A stretch of 64,000 bases of DNA from Candidatus Doudnabacteria bacterium (GCA_963768175.1 CAVYGQ010000001.1:638305-702304); one strand, 5' to 3'. Counted from the stretch's first letter, positions 36,975 through 46,148 are shown. Translations and numbers: made by a program. The notes: generated by a model from the letters alone, not told the origin.

Positions 36975-38168
36975 CTAAAAACTGCCTTTGATATTCTCCC
37001 ACAAACTTTCATCAACATTTACCGCTTCACCGCGCTCGGAAGCGAGCTGTTTTAGGAGTTCTTTTTCTTTTTTGGAAAGTCTTTGCGGCACGACAACGCG
37101 CACGGTGACCAAAAGATCGCCGCGGCGGGAGGGCTCGTTTATATGTGGCACGCCCTTGCCTTTAACTTTTAAGACTGTGCCGCTTTGGATACCGGACGGA
37201 ATTTTAAGTTCTATGTTGCCATCCAGAGTTTTTAAAATAATTTTTGCACCCAAAGCCGCTTGGGTAAAACTTACCGGCAATTCTTTAAGCAAAGTAGAGC
37301 CGTCGCGTCCAAACTCTTTGGAGGGCGAAACTTTAACCACTAAATATAAATCCCCGTGGCTACTGCCGCGGTAGCCGGCCTCGCCCTCGCCGGCAATCCG
37401 CACGCGCTGGCCGTTGTCTATACCGGCGGGGATTTTTACCATAATGGTTTTTTCCTGGCGCAACACGCCGTTGCCTCTACAAGTTGCACAGGGCACTTCG
37501 GGTATTTTGCCCATACCCTGGCAGCGGTCGCAACTGACAGAAGAAGCCACGGTGCCAAAAATGGTGCGCCGCTGCTGACGGATTTGCCCCTGGCCGTGGC
37601 ATTGGGGACAAGTAATAACTTTGCTTCCCGGAGCCGCGCCGTTGCCTCCGCAGGTTTTACAGGCATCTTGTTTTTCCAAAGTCAGAGTTTTTTCCACACC
37701 GAAAACCGCTTGCTCAAAGGTGATGTTGATGCCCATTTCCAAATCTATGCCGCGCATACGCCGGCTTTGTCTTTCGGCGGAACGGCTGCCGAACATGTCG
37801 CCAAAAATATCTCCCAAGTCTCCGCCGAAGGCGGATCCGCCTTCGGCGGAAAACCCACCAAAATCAAAACCGCCAAAATCAAACCCCCCAAAAGGATTCC
37901 CGCCATAGGCGGGTCCGCCTCCGGCGGAAAAACCTCCGCCGCCATTTCTGGCGGCGTCTTCAAAAGTCTGGCCGTACTGGTCGTACTGCTGGCGTTTTTG
38001 CGAATCCGAAAGCACCTGATAAGCCTGGTTGACTTCCTTAAATTTATCCGCGTTGCCGCTGCCTTTGTCGGGGTGGTATTCGTGCGCCTTTCTGCGGAAA
38101 GCCTTTTTTATTTCATCAGCCGAAGCGGACTTTGGGATTCCTAAAATGTCGTAGTAGTCTTTAGCCAT
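36975..38168 (-). CDS. dnaJ: Molecular chaperone DnaJ
   Basis: J-domain ([32 protein letters not shown]), G/F-rich linker, and four CxxCxGxG zinc-finger repeats. Confidence 0.9.
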   Translation of the reverse strand: MAKDYYDILGIPKSASADEIKKAFRRKAHEYHPDKGSGNADKFKEVNQAYQVLSDSQKRQQYDQYGQTFEDAARNGGGGFSAGGGPAYGGNPFGGFDFGGFDFGGFSAEGGSAFGGDLGDIFGDMFGSRSAERQSRRMRGIDLEMGINITFEQAVFGVEKTLTLEKQDACKTCGGNGAAPGSKVITCPQCHGQGQIRQQRRTIFGTVASSVSCDRCQGMGKIPEVPCATCRGNGVLRQEKTIMVKIPAGIDNGQRVRIAGEGEAGYRGSSHGDLYLVVKVSPSKEFGRDGSTLLKELPVSFTQAALGAKIILKTLDGNIELKIPSGIQSGTVLKVKGKGVPHINEPSRRGDLLVTVRVVVPQRLSKKEKELLKQLASERGEAVNVDESLWENIKGSF

Positions 38169-38170
38169 AA

Positions 38171-38250
38171 ATCATTTAAACATACAAACATTTAAACATA
38201 TAAGCAATTCCAGCATGTTTAAATGCTTAGATGCTTCCATGTTTAAATGA
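38171..38250. repeat. AT-rich palindromic repeat at a gene junction (catttaaacat family)
   Basis: atcatttaaacatacaaacatttaaacat...atgtttaaatgcttagatgcttccatgtttaaatga. Lies between the DUF3467-like gene and dnaJ. Confidence 0.6.
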
Positions 38251-38252
38251 CC

Positions 38253-38552
38253 TTACTCTGTCCTAAACCCAATTTTGTGTTCCGGCTGGTCGGAGGATTT
38301 TATCGCGCCGTATTGTTGCTCAAAACTTTTTAAATTATCCTGCATGGCCGCAACCACGCGCTTCATATGAGAAGGCGACAGGATTACGCGCGCCGAAACA
38401 ATACCCGAAGGCGGAAATATATTCATAAAATCCAAGACAAATTCTTCCGGCCCGTGGCCAACCTGAACCATATTGGCATAAACACCTCTTAAGACGTCAT
38501 CGGGGATTTTAACTTGTATCTGTTGCCCTTGTGGGGCTTGTTCTTGAGCCAT
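38253..38552 (-). CDS. Small conserved hypothetical protein (DUF3467-like)
   Basis: 99 aa. YANMVQVGHGPEEFVLDF. Confidence 0.45.
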   Translation of the reverse strand: MAQEQAPQGQQIQVKIPDDVLRGVYANMVQVGHGPEEFVLDFMNIFPPSGIVSARVILSPSHMKRVVAAMQDNLKSFEQQYGAIKSSDQPEHKIGFRTE

Positions 38553-38646
38553 AAATTTTCCAAAAGCTTCTACGAAATACTAAATAAACGAAATACGAAA
38601 AATGCAGATTTGGTATTTAGTGACTTTCATATTTCGTAGAAATTAA

Positions 38647-39387
38647 TTATTGTAAGCTCGCTTTAATATTATTTATCTCATTAACTTCCGCCGGGCAAAA
38701 ATCCTGCGGCTCAAGGCGGCCAAAGCTCTCCAAAGGCTGGCCGTTAAGTCCGGCATGTAGGTTCATAATACAAGAAGTGTCGGTCCCCTGCTCGGGTAAG
38801 CCAATTTGATTGCCAAACTCATGAAGCAAGTCGGAAAGCAAATAATTATCCAAGTCTTGCGAATAGCTTGCCAAAAACTGCCGGTTGGCGTTTAAAGAAA
38901 CTACTATGGCTGTTTCACCGTGGGTGGTGGAAAGCTCCCCGCTGCCTTTCGGCTGATAATCGGTGGCAAATACCGCATAGATGACGCTTGATCCGGAAGG
39001 CGGGGACGATGCCTTAAAGGCTAAATTATTTACTGTGGCTAGTGGAATTACACCTTCCGAAACGGCAGCGCCAAAAATCACCTCAGTCGGCCTGCCGGTG
39101 TATTTGCCGGCCAAATCCGCAAATTTCTGAAGCACTGTACTGTCTACATTTTCGCTAACCGGCTGGAACCATTCAATAACCAAAGGTGAGGTGCCTTCCA
39201 AATATTCTGCCCTGGCATCGCCTTTATTGTGGAGGCCGAGCAATGTCCTTATAACAGGATGCCTGGCCAACACAAAACGCGTAGTCTGGTTAAAATGGCT
39301 GTTTGGGTCGCCACCGGCTTCCAGCTTCAAGTAAATGAAGACCCCGAGAAACAAAACCAAAACAATCAGGAAGATGGCTTTGAGAGA
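38647..39387 (-). CDS. Secreted/membrane-anchored hypothetical protein with a degenerate zincin-like HEFGN motif
   Basis: Start placed at MSLKAIFLIVLVLFLGVFIYL (TM/signal). The upstream part of the track ORF is built from intergenic repeats. LHEFGNQIG has N where HExxH would have H. Confidence 0.45.
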   Translation of the reverse strand, partial: SLKAIFLIVLVLFLGVFIYLKLEAGGDPNSHFNQTTRFVLARHPVIRTLLGLHNKGDARAEYLEGTSPLVIEWFQPVSENVDSTVLQKFADLAGKYTGRPTEVIFGAAVSEGVIPLATVNNLAFKASSPPSGSSVIYAVFATDYQPKGSGELSTTHGETAIVVSLNANRQFLASYSQDLDNYLLSDLLHEFGNQIGLPEQGTDTSCIMNLHAGLNGQPLESFGRLEPQDFCPAEVNEINNIKASLQ

Positions 39388-39400
39388 CATAAGAAGTAAT

Positions 39401-39439
39401 GAGCAAAAATGACAAAAATGAGCAAAAATGAGCAAAAAC
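39401..39439. repeat. Tandem 10-mer repeat (gagcaaaaat, 4 copies) next to a gagggatc-family hairpin element
   Basis: gagcaaaaatgacaaaaatgagcaaaaatgagcaaaaac. No spacers, so it is not a CRISPR array. Confidence 0.6.
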
Positions 39440-39618
39440 GGCAGGCTGCTGCCGTCCCGAACGAAGTGAGGGATCCCTCTCTCGGCTGCACTCGCTCGGG
39501 ATGACAACTATATTATAAACAGTCGTTTGTCATTTATGTCAATTTTGTCGTTTTTTTAATTTTTATCATTTATTTATCAGGGTGAACTTCCTTAAATTCC
39601 GCGTCCACCGGGCCTGGG

Positions 39619-41514
39619 TTAGACCCTGAACCTGCCGAAGGGTTGTCCGATGATGGGCCGGCCGCTCCGGCGTTCTGATTTTCTCCGCCAGAGGCGGATC
39701 CGCCTTCGGCGGACGACTTTCCGGACTCTGTACATTGCCGCGCCAACCTTTTGGATGGCTTCGGAAAGCGCGTCCATGGCTTTTTTAATGTCGTCTATAT
39801 CGTCTTTGTCTTTGACCTCTTTAAGCGCTTTAATTTTTTCTTCCACCGCGGTTTTGTCTTCCGCTTTGAGCTTTGAGCCGGTCGCAGACCCCGATCCTGC
39901 CGAGGCGGCATCTTTTAAAGTTTTTTCGGAAATCGAAATTAACGTGTCGGCCTGGTTCCTCATATCCACGGTTTCTTTGCGCTTGCGGTCTTCCTCGGCA
40001 TGGGCTTCGGCTTCTTTTTTCATGCGCTCAATCTCATCCTTCTTTAAATTAGAAGAGCCCTGGATGGTAATATGCTGTTCTTTACCCGTAGCTTTGTCCT
40101 TGGCTTTTACGGTCAAAATTCCGTTGGCATCTATATCAAAGGTCACTTCCACTTGCGGGATGCCGCGCGGCGCCGGCGGGATGCCGTCCAAAATAAACTG
40201 GCCCAAAGATTTATTGTCGCGCGCGAATTCCCGTTCGCCCTGCAAAATATGGATTTCCACCGATGTCTGGTTGTCGGCCGCGGTGGAAAAAGTCTGCGAC
40301 TTGGATGTTGGAATAGTGGTGTTGCGATCGATTAGTGGCGTGCGCACCCCGCCCAAAGTTTCAAGGCCCAAGGTCAAAGGCGTTACGTCCAAAAGCAAAA
40401 TTTCCTTGCTCTGGACATCGCCGCCCAAAATGCCGCCCTGGATAGCCGCGCCCTTGGCCACGGCTTCCATGGGGTCTATGCCGCCTTCCACCTGCTTGCC
40501 AATGTAAGTTTCCACAAACTTTCTCACGCTGGGCATTCTGGTCGGGCCGCCAATTAAAATAATTTTATCTATTTGCTGGGGCGTCAGTTTGGCATCGCTA
40601 AGTGCCTGCTCTAGCGGCTTCCGCATTTTTTCAATGAGCGGCTTAATCAGCTCTTCCAGTTTGGCGCGCGTCACTTTAAGCTGAAAATGTTTTGGTCCGT
40701 TGGCGTCCGCGGTTATAAAAGGAAGATTAATGTCGGTTTCCATTGTGGTGGACAGTTCAATTTTGGCTTTTTCCGCGGCTTCCCTGACGCGGTTTATGGC
40801 CATTTTGTCTTTGGTGATGTCCACGCCGCTTTCGTTTTTAAAAGCCGCGACCAAATAATCTATCAAAACTTTGTCCATATCTTTGCCGCCCAAAGCCGTG
40901 TCGCCGGAAGTGGATTTAACTTCAAAAGTCGCCTGATTGTCCACTTCGGAAAAATCCATAATCGTAACGTCCAGCGTGCCGCCGCCCAAATCAAACACTA
41001 AAATTTTCTGATCTTTAGCCGATGTCTTATCAAGGCCGTAAGCAAAAGCCGCAGCCGTGGGCTCATTAATTACGCGCACAACTTCCAGACCGGCAATTTC
41101 CCCGGCATTTTTGGTAGCTTGCCTTTGCGCGTCGTCAAAATAAGCCGGCACGGTGACCACGGCTTTGGTTACCGGAGCGCCCAAAAAGGTTTCCGCGTCT
41201 TTTTTGATTTTTTGCAAAATAAACGCGCTAATTTGCTCCGGAGTGTATTCCTTGCCGTTAACGTTATATTTAAAACTGGTTCCCATTTTTCTTTTGGCTT
41301 CAAACACCGTGCCGTCCGGATTGGTCACGGCCTGCCTTCTGGCCGGCTCGCCAACCAAAAGCTGGCCTTCCTTGGTAAAAGCCACATACGATGGAAAAGC
41401 TTTCCCGCCCACAGACGCGCCCTCGGCCGAAGGAATAATTACCGGTTTGCCGGCTTCCATAACACTAGCCGCGCTGTTGCTTGTCCCTAAGTCTATCCCT
41501 ATAATTTTTGACAT
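39619..41514 (-). CDS. dnaK: Molecular chaperone DnaK (Hsp70) with an apparent +1 frameshift in the C-terminal tail
   Basis: Canonical Hsp70 motifs throughout ([29 protein letters not shown]). After ...KVGAAMY the listed frame gives an Arg-rich tail ([16 protein letters not shown]...). The adjacent frame encodes [52 protein letters not shown], a typical DnaK C-terminus, ending near 39573. Confidence 0.9.
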   Translation of the reverse strand: MSKIIGIDLGTSNSAASVMEAGKPVIIPSAEGASVGGKAFPSYVAFTKEGQLLVGEPARRQAVTNPDGTVFEAKRKMGTSFKYNVNGKEYTPEQISAFILQKIKKDAETFLGAPVTKAVVTVPAYFDDAQRQATKNAGEIAGLEVVRVINEPTAAAFAYGLDKTSAKDQKILVFDLGGGTLDVTIMDFSEVDNQATFEVKSTSGDTALGGKDMDKVLIDYLVAAFKNESGVDITKDKMAINRVREAAEKAKIELSTTMETDINLPFITADANGPKHFQLKVTRAKLEELIKPLIEKMRKPLEQALSDAKLTPQQIDKIILIGGPTRMPSVRKFVETYIGKQVEGGIDPMEAVAKGAAIQGGILGGDVQSKEILLLDVTPLTLGLETLGGVRTPLIDRNTTIPTSKSQTFSTAADNQTSVEIHILQGEREFARDNKSLGQFILDGIPPAPRGIPQVEVTFDIDANGILTVKAKDKATGKEQHITIQGSSNLKKDEIERMKKEAEAHAEEDRKRKETVDMRNQADTLISISEKTLKDAASAGSGSATGSKLKAEDKTAVEEKIKALKEVKDKDDIDDIKKAMDALSEAIQKVGAAMYRVRKVVRRRRIRLWRRKSERRSGRPIIGQPFGRFRV

Positions 41515-41637
41515 ATATTTCTCCTTGTCGCCTGCAGCCCTCCTCTCCCTACTTGTCCGCCATAGCTTTGAGCTTCGGCGGATGGGAGAGGATTAAGGCG
41601 AGGGTAAATGATTCTTGATAATTAAATTAGAAATAAA

Positions 41638-41877
41638 TTATAAATTATTTTTTTCAAAATCAACATAAACATAATTTGGACTATGTAATGCTCCGGACGC
41701 AATATTACTTGATATGTTCGCAATAGGGCATCCTTGATCGGAAACTTTTATTATTAATACTGGAGAATTATTTTTTTCTGGGATATGTTCTAAAAAAATA
41801 CTATTACTACCTAAAACGGTCACCAACAAAATAATAAATATGAAACTGATAATTTTTTTATTATAATACTTTTTCAT
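41638..41877 (-). CDS. Small secreted hypothetical protein
   Basis: 79 aa with a signal-like N-terminus (IISFIFIILLVTVLG). Confidence 0.4.
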   Translation of the reverse strand: MKKYYNKKIISFIFIILLVTVLGSNSIFLEHIPEKNNSPVLIIKVSDQGCPIANISSNIASGALHSPNYVYVDFEKNNL

Positions 41878-41915
41878 ATATTCTGTAATTCCCTTAAAAG
41901 CGGCGATCCGTTCTA

Positions 41916-42035
41916 TTACTTATTTTCTAATTCTTTAATTCTTTCTTCTAATTTATCAACTCTGTTATCTGTTCTTATACCATCCCATATTATTCCAACC
42001 ACAGCCCCAATAAGCGTAATAATGATTATCCACAT
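41916..42035 (-). CDS. Small single-TM protein (39 aa), paralog of the 70-aa gene upstream
   Basis: MWIIIITLIGAVVGIIWDGIRTDNRVDKLEERIKELENK has the same TM-plus-EERI(K/R)xLEN(K/R) C-terminal layout as the 42087..42299 product. Not in the ORF track because it is under 60 aa. Confidence 0.4.
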   Translation of the reverse strand: MWIIIITLIGAVVGIIWDGIRTDNRVDKLEERIKELENK

Positions 42036-42058
42036 AACTTTATTTTTTAATTATTTAT

Positions 42059-42080
42059 CATTCCCGCGAAAGCGGGAATC
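42059..42080. repeat. GNRA-tetraloop hairpin element (cattcccgc-GAAA-gcgggaatc) in the 5' region of a small gene
   Basis: A longer variant lies at 42311-42353 and a degenerate copy at about 41885-41912. Each precedes one of three tandem small genes. Confidence 0.5.
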
Positions 42081-42086
42081 TTTTAA

Positions 42087-42299
42087 TTATCTATTTTCTA
42101 ATTGTCTTATTTTTTCTTCTAGATCTTCCCTTTCATCATCCTTATCCATATCGGCAACAATCATCCCTACAAAAAATCCTACTATATATTGAGTGCCACC
42201 ATATCCTATATGAAAAATCGCGCCAAAAATTGCTCCCACAATAATCGCCACAACCGCTATAGATAATCCAATTAAAAATTGCTTAATAAAATGCCACAT
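42087..42299 (-). CDS. Small membrane protein (70 aa), probably two TM helices
   Basis: MWHFIKQFLIGLSIAVVAIIVGAIFGAIF...FFVGMIVADMDKDDEREDLEEKIRQLENR. Confidence 0.45.
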   Translation of the reverse strand: MWHFIKQFLIGLSIAVVAIIVGAIFGAIFHIGYGGTQYIVGFFVGMIVADMDKDDEREDLEEKIRQLENR

Positions 42300-42310
42300 A
42301 AATTTATTTT

Positions 42311-42353
42311 GTCATTCCCGCGCCTACCTGCGGTAGGCAGGAAAGCGGGAATC
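42311..42353. repeat. Nested hairpin element of the cattcccgc...gcgggaatc family
   Basis: gtcattcccgcgcctacctgcggtaggcaggaaagcgggaatc. Confidence 0.5.
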
Positions 42354-42481
42354 TTATTACCATTTCGACCGGAGGGAGAAATCTATTCATTAACAGATCT
42401 CTCGCTGCGCTCGAGATGGCGCTTAGGTTGATTTTTTCTTACTAATTAAAGATCCCTCGGATGCACTCGGGATGATTACTA

Positions 42482-43051
42482 TTATTCGCCACCTTTGGTG
42501 GCTTTCTTACTGATAATCACTTGGCTTGGCCTAATAACTTTCCCGTTCAGTTCAAACCCTGTTTGCAATTCATCGATAATAATTCCGTCATCTTTTTCCG
42601 TTTCAACCTCGCGCACGGCTTCGTGAAAATGCGGGTCGAATTTTTTTCCGATGGATTCGATTTTTTTGACGCCTAAATCTTCCAAAGTTTTATCCAGTTG
42701 CTTCAACAAAACATTGATGCCGTCTTGCCAGTTTTGGTATTGCTTGGCAAATTCTCGATAGGGAAGAGGTGTCCCCTCTTCCAGAGGGGACACCTCTTCC
42801 AAAACCGGCATATGCCTTAGCGCCAGCTCCAGGCTGTCTATTGTCGGTAAAAGTTTAATCACCGTGACTTCGCGCGCGAACTCCACCAATTCCTTATTCT
42901 CCCCTTCCTTGCGGCGCTTGTAATTTTCAAAATCCGCGGCCGTGCGCTTCCATCCCGCCATGGCGCTTTCAAAATCGGTTTGGAGCTTTTCCAGCGTTAT
43001 TTCGCCGTTCTGGTTTTGGTCGTCTTGTTGTTGTTCGTCAGACATAATCAT
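42482..43051 (-). CDS. grpE: Nucleotide exchange factor GrpE
   Basis: 189 aa. Coiled-coil N-terminal part and C-terminal GrpE domain (KLLPTIDSLELAL...FDPHFHEAV). Confidence 0.85.
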   Translation of the reverse strand: MIMSDEQQQDDQNQNGEITLEKLQTDFESAMAGWKRTAADFENYKRRKEGENKELVEFAREVTVIKLLPTIDSLELALRHMPVLEEVSPLEEGTPLPYREFAKQYQNWQDGINVLLKQLDKTLEDLGVKKIESIGKKFDPHFHEAVREVETEKDDGIIIDELQTGFELNGKVIRPSQVIISKKATKGGE

Positions 43052-43123
43052 TTAAACATTTAAGCATCTAAGCATGTAAACATACTCGGATTGTTTAAAT
43101 GTTTGTATGTTTAAATGCTTAAA
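43047..43123. repeat. AT-rich palindromic repeat at a gene junction (catttaaacat family)
   Basis: atcatttaaacatttaagcatctaagcatgtaaacat...tttaaatgtttgtatgtttaaatgcttaaat. Lies between hrcA and grpE. Confidence 0.6.
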
Positions 43124-43879
43124 TTATCTGATGATATAAACTAGCATTACCGCCGCTCCCCCGCCCAACAGTTTGGCTATATATTCCATCAACGTTAAAT
43201 TCTTTTCGTACTTCATGCTCTTGGGGCCGACAAGTCCGATAACGCCTTTTTTGCCGCTGGGCAATTGCAGACCGCTTACGATCATCGAATAATCTGATTT
43301 TTTGGAAAGCGGGATTTCTTTGCCGATAAACGTTTGCGGCCCGCCCTTGCCGCCGTAATCGCTCATTATTTGTTCCGCGTGCTCGTCTATATTGTCAAAA
43401 AACTGGGCAATTTCTTTGGCGTCCTCGGCCGGCAGGGCGGGATTATTTAATATGTGGGAAAGCCCGACAGTGGAAACTTCTTCCGGAAATATCGCAAAGC
43501 TGGCTTGATTTGAGTATTCTGATAATAACTTGGCCAAACGCCTGCTCATTTCCACGTGCGCCATTTGCAGTTTCAGCAGTTCCCTTTTCAAAAAATCCTG
43601 CTCCTTTACCGAAAGTTTGACGCGGTCCATAAGCTGGTTGACAAAATACCGAAAGCCCTTGTCGGTTGGCACGCGGCCGGCCGAAGTGTGCGGCTGGGAA
43701 ATATAGCCCATTTTTTCCAGCGCCTGCATTTCGTTGCGGATGGTCGGGCTGCTTACGTTAAAATTGTACTTTTCCGCCAAATCCCCGCTGGCCACGGGCT
43801 GGCCGTTTTCGCAATTCTCTTTGACAATCGCGGCCAGTATTTTGGCTTGTCTTGGGGTTATTTCCGATGTTTGGTCCAT
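43124..43879 (-). CDS. hrcA: Heat-inducible transcription repressor HrcA (short form)
   Basis: N-terminal wHTH (RQAKILAAIVKENCENGQPVASGDLAEKYNFNVSSPTIRNEMQALEKMGYISQPHTSAGRVPT). Sits upstream of grpE-dnaK-dnaJ. Confidence 0.8.
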   Translation of the reverse strand: MDQTSEITPRQAKILAAIVKENCENGQPVASGDLAEKYNFNVSSPTIRNEMQALEKMGYISQPHTSAGRVPTDKGFRYFVNQLMDRVKLSVKEQDFLKRELLKLQMAHVEMSRRLAKLLSEYSNQASFAIFPEEVSTVGLSHILNNPALPAEDAKEIAQFFDNIDEHAEQIMSDYGGKGGPQTFIGKEIPLSKKSDYSMIVSGLQLPSGKKGVIGLVGPKSMKYEKNLTLMEYIAKLLGGGAAVMLVYIIR

Positions 43880-43918
43880 ATCTGCTTTATCACTTAAAGA
43901 TATGTATTGATAATACTA

Positions 43919-43945
43919 TTATCACTCTGCCTTGTCAAGTGATAA
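43919..43945. promoter_or_regulatory. CIRCE-like operator variant (9-bp inverted repeat with a 9-bp spacer) upstream of hrcA
   Basis: TTATCACTC-tgccttgtc-AAGTGATAA versus the consensus TTAGCACTC-N9-GAGTGCTAA. A second nested palindrome, TGATAATACTATTATCA, lies just upstream. Confidence 0.5.
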
Positions 43946-44015
43946 TCTATGGCTTAAAAAAACCTTTCCTTTTTGCTATAATATGATAGCAATAAAAACA
44001 TTAACCATAACTTCT

Positions 44016-45269
44016 ATGAAACCCAAACACACACAACTGACGGCAGGCCTAAGCATTTTGGCCCTGTTGTTCTCTTTTTCGGCCTGGCCCGCGGCAAGCT
44101 CGGCCCAAAACGGCCATAATTATTTCTGGCAGCCGGATTTCCAACACCCGGTCAGCCACCAGCGGGTTTGCAATCGCGACAATAACAATCCAAACGCCGC
44201 GGCCTGCGACGCTCATGTAGTCGTAGACCAAAACGGGAAACCCCGAACTCTCACTTCTCCGGCCGGCTACGGGCCAAGCCAATTTCAAGCGGCTTACAAT
44301 CATAACGGTGTCACCGGTAGTCCCAGCCAGATTATTGCCGTCGTAGACGCTTACGATAACCCGAAAGTTTATAGCGATCTTTCGGTATATGACAACCAAT
44401 TTGGTTTGGCCGATCTATCGCTATGTACTGCCGGTTCTTCCGCCACAGTTCCTTGCTTTCAAAAAATCTATCAAACCGGCAGCGCTCCGGCCGTTAATAG
44501 CGGCTGGGCTTTGGAAAGTTCGTTGGATGTCCAGATAGCGCATGCCGTGTGCCCGCAGTGCAGCATCTTGCTGGTGGAAGCCAAATCCAGCAGTTATTCC
44601 GATTTGATGGCCGCGGTTGACTTGGCGGTCCACAGCGGAGCCTATGTGGTTTCTAATTCTTACGGCAGCGGGGAGTTCTCCGGCGAAACCGCTTATGACA
44701 GCCATTTTAACCATCCCGGCACGGCGTTTACTTTTAGCAGCGGTGACAGCGGCTATGGGGTTGCGTATCCGGCGGCCTCGCCTTATGTTACGGCCGTAGG
44801 CGGAACTACCCTAAAAATGTCAAGCGGCGCCTATAACGGCGAAACTGCTTGGAGCGAAGGTGGCAGCGGCTGCAGCGCCTATGAATCGAAAAAACCCGCA
44901 AACCAGCCAAACATTGGATGCAATAAAAGAATGGTGGTTGATGTTTCGGCCGATGCCGACCCCAACACCGGCGCCGCAATTTATGACAGTACTCCTTATT
45001 CCGGCCAATCCGGCTGGTTCCAAGTTGGCGGCACCAGCTTAGCCTCGCCGATTGTTGCCGCCACCTATGCGCTGGCTGGCGACATCCCGGCTTCTGTCCA
45101 AGCCAATACCATCCCGTACGCTCAATACATTATATCCAAATCTTATTTTCACGACGTGACTTTCGGCAGCAATGGCCGTTGCCGCAGCACCCCGCTGTTT
45201 TGCAGCGCCGCCGCCGGCTATGACGGGCCCACCGGCCTTGGCACGCCCAATGGCACCGGAGCATTCTAA
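44016..45269 (+). CDS. Secreted S8/S53-family serine peptidase (sedolisin/kumamolisin-like), paralog 1
   Basis: Start placed at MKPKHTQLTAGLSILALLFSFSAWPAASSA (signal peptide). IIAVVDAYDNP...FGL..., GTSLASPIVAA. The track ORF begins at 43932. Confidence 0.6.
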   Translation: MKPKHTQLTAGLSILALLFSFSAWPAASSAQNGHNYFWQPDFQHPVSHQRVCNRDNNNPNAAACDAHVVVDQNGKPRTLTSPAGYGPSQFQAAYNHNGVTGSPSQIIAVVDAYDNPKVYSDLSVYDNQFGLADLSLCTAGSSATVPCFQKIYQTGSAPAVNSGWALESSLDVQIAHAVCPQCSILLVEAKSSSYSDLMAAVDLAVHSGAYVVSNSYGSGEFSGETAYDSHFNHPGTAFTFSSGDSGYGVAYPAASPYVTAVGGTTLKMSSGAYNGETAWSEGGSGCSAYESKKPANQPNIGCNKRMVVDVSADADPNTGAAIYDSTPYSGQSGWFQVGGTSLASPIVAATYALAGDIPASVQANTIPYAQYIISKSYFHDVTFGSNGRCRSTPLFCSAAAGYDGPTGLGTPNGTGAF

Positions 45270-45280
45270 AATCGTTGATT

Positions 45281-45318
45281 AAACCCCGCCCCTCGACTTC
45301 GCTCGGGGCGGGGTTTTA
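45281..45318 (+). terminator. Rho-independent terminator
   Basis: aaccccgcccctcgacttcgctcggggcggggtttt. Confidence 0.6.
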
Positions 45319-45443
45319 ATAATGGCTGTGGAAAACTTTTCTAAAGACCCGCACAAACATAGTAAATATGGGCTTTTTTAACTAAATTGACATTAGGTGA
45401 ACGATTGTTTACTATATAAATAAATTACTGCTTTACTATCTTT

Positions 45444-45989
45444 ATGACACAAAAATCAAAATCCGTTTCCGCCAATTTGCCATTGCCGCCGGAGCTAATT
45501 AAACGCCGAATCTATATTATCCGCGGACAGGAAGTTATGCTGGACAGCGATTTGGCGGAGCTATATCAGGTTCCAACAAAGTCTTTAAATTTGGCTGTTA
45601 AAAGAAATTCTGAACGTTTTCCACAAGATTTTATGTTTCAATTAACGGCTGATGAAGTCAAAAACTTGAGGTTTCAATTTGAAACCTCAAGTTTGACATC
45701 TCAAATTGCAAGTTCAAGTTTGAGATTCCAATCTGGAATATCAAGTTATGGGGGACGCCGCTACCTTCCCCACGCCTTTACCGAACATGGGGTGGCAATG
45801 CTATCTTCCGTCCTTAAAAGCAAACGGGCAATCCAAATGAACATTTTTATCATTCGCGCATTTATCCAGTTCCGTAAAATACTAATTGAACAAAAAGAAC
45901 TTTCCAAAAGATTACAAAGAGCCGAAAAAGTTATAAGGTTCCATGACCAAGTTTTGTCTGCCGTTGTTGAAGGTGTTAAAAAAATTTAA
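45444..45989 (+). CDS. ORF6N-domain (KilA-N/antirepressor-like) DNA-binding protein
   Basis: RIYIIRGQEVMLDSDLAELYQVPTKSLNLAVKRNSERFPQDFMFQLTADE. Contains a perfect 27-bp palindrome within the coding sequence (cttgaggtttcaatttgaaacctcaag). Confidence 0.6.
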   Translation: MTQKSKSVSANLPLPPELIKRRIYIIRGQEVMLDSDLAELYQVPTKSLNLAVKRNSERFPQDFMFQLTADEVKNLRFQFETSSLTSQIASSSLRFQSGISSYGGRRYLPHAFTEHGVAMLSSVLKSKRAIQMNIFIIRAFIQFRKILIEQKELSKRLQRAEKVIRFHDQVLSAVVEGVKKI

Positions 45990-46043
45990 AAATCCTCCAA
46001 AAATTAATCTCATCGGTTTCCACTGGAAACCAAAATCAAGAAT

Positions 46044-46148
46044 ATGGCCCCGTTAGACATTTAACTTAAAATTACATTTTTATAGAATTAACCACGGTCA
46101 AAATTATGAAAAATCTAAAAACAAAAAATATGTCTAACGGGGTGAAAA
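46044..46148. promoter_or_regulatory. TCTAACGGGG inverted repeat bracketing the peptidase-2 start region
   Basis: atggccccgttagacat (46044-46060) and atgtctaacggggtgaaaat (46129-46148). Confidence 0.5.

Noticed and set aside
39401-39439. Possible CRISPR array (tandem gagcaaaaat units)
   Set aside because: Units are 9-10 bp and contiguous, with no spacers and no cas genes nearby. This is simple tandem-repeat DNA inside an intergenic repeat cluster.
38647-39507. N-terminal 40 residues of ORF 38647..39507 (including IPHFVRDG)
   Set aside because: That stretch is built from the intergenic repeat cluster (tandem 10-mers plus the gagggatc element) and begins at a TTG. A TM/signal segment starts at the internal MSLKAIF, which is taken as the real start.
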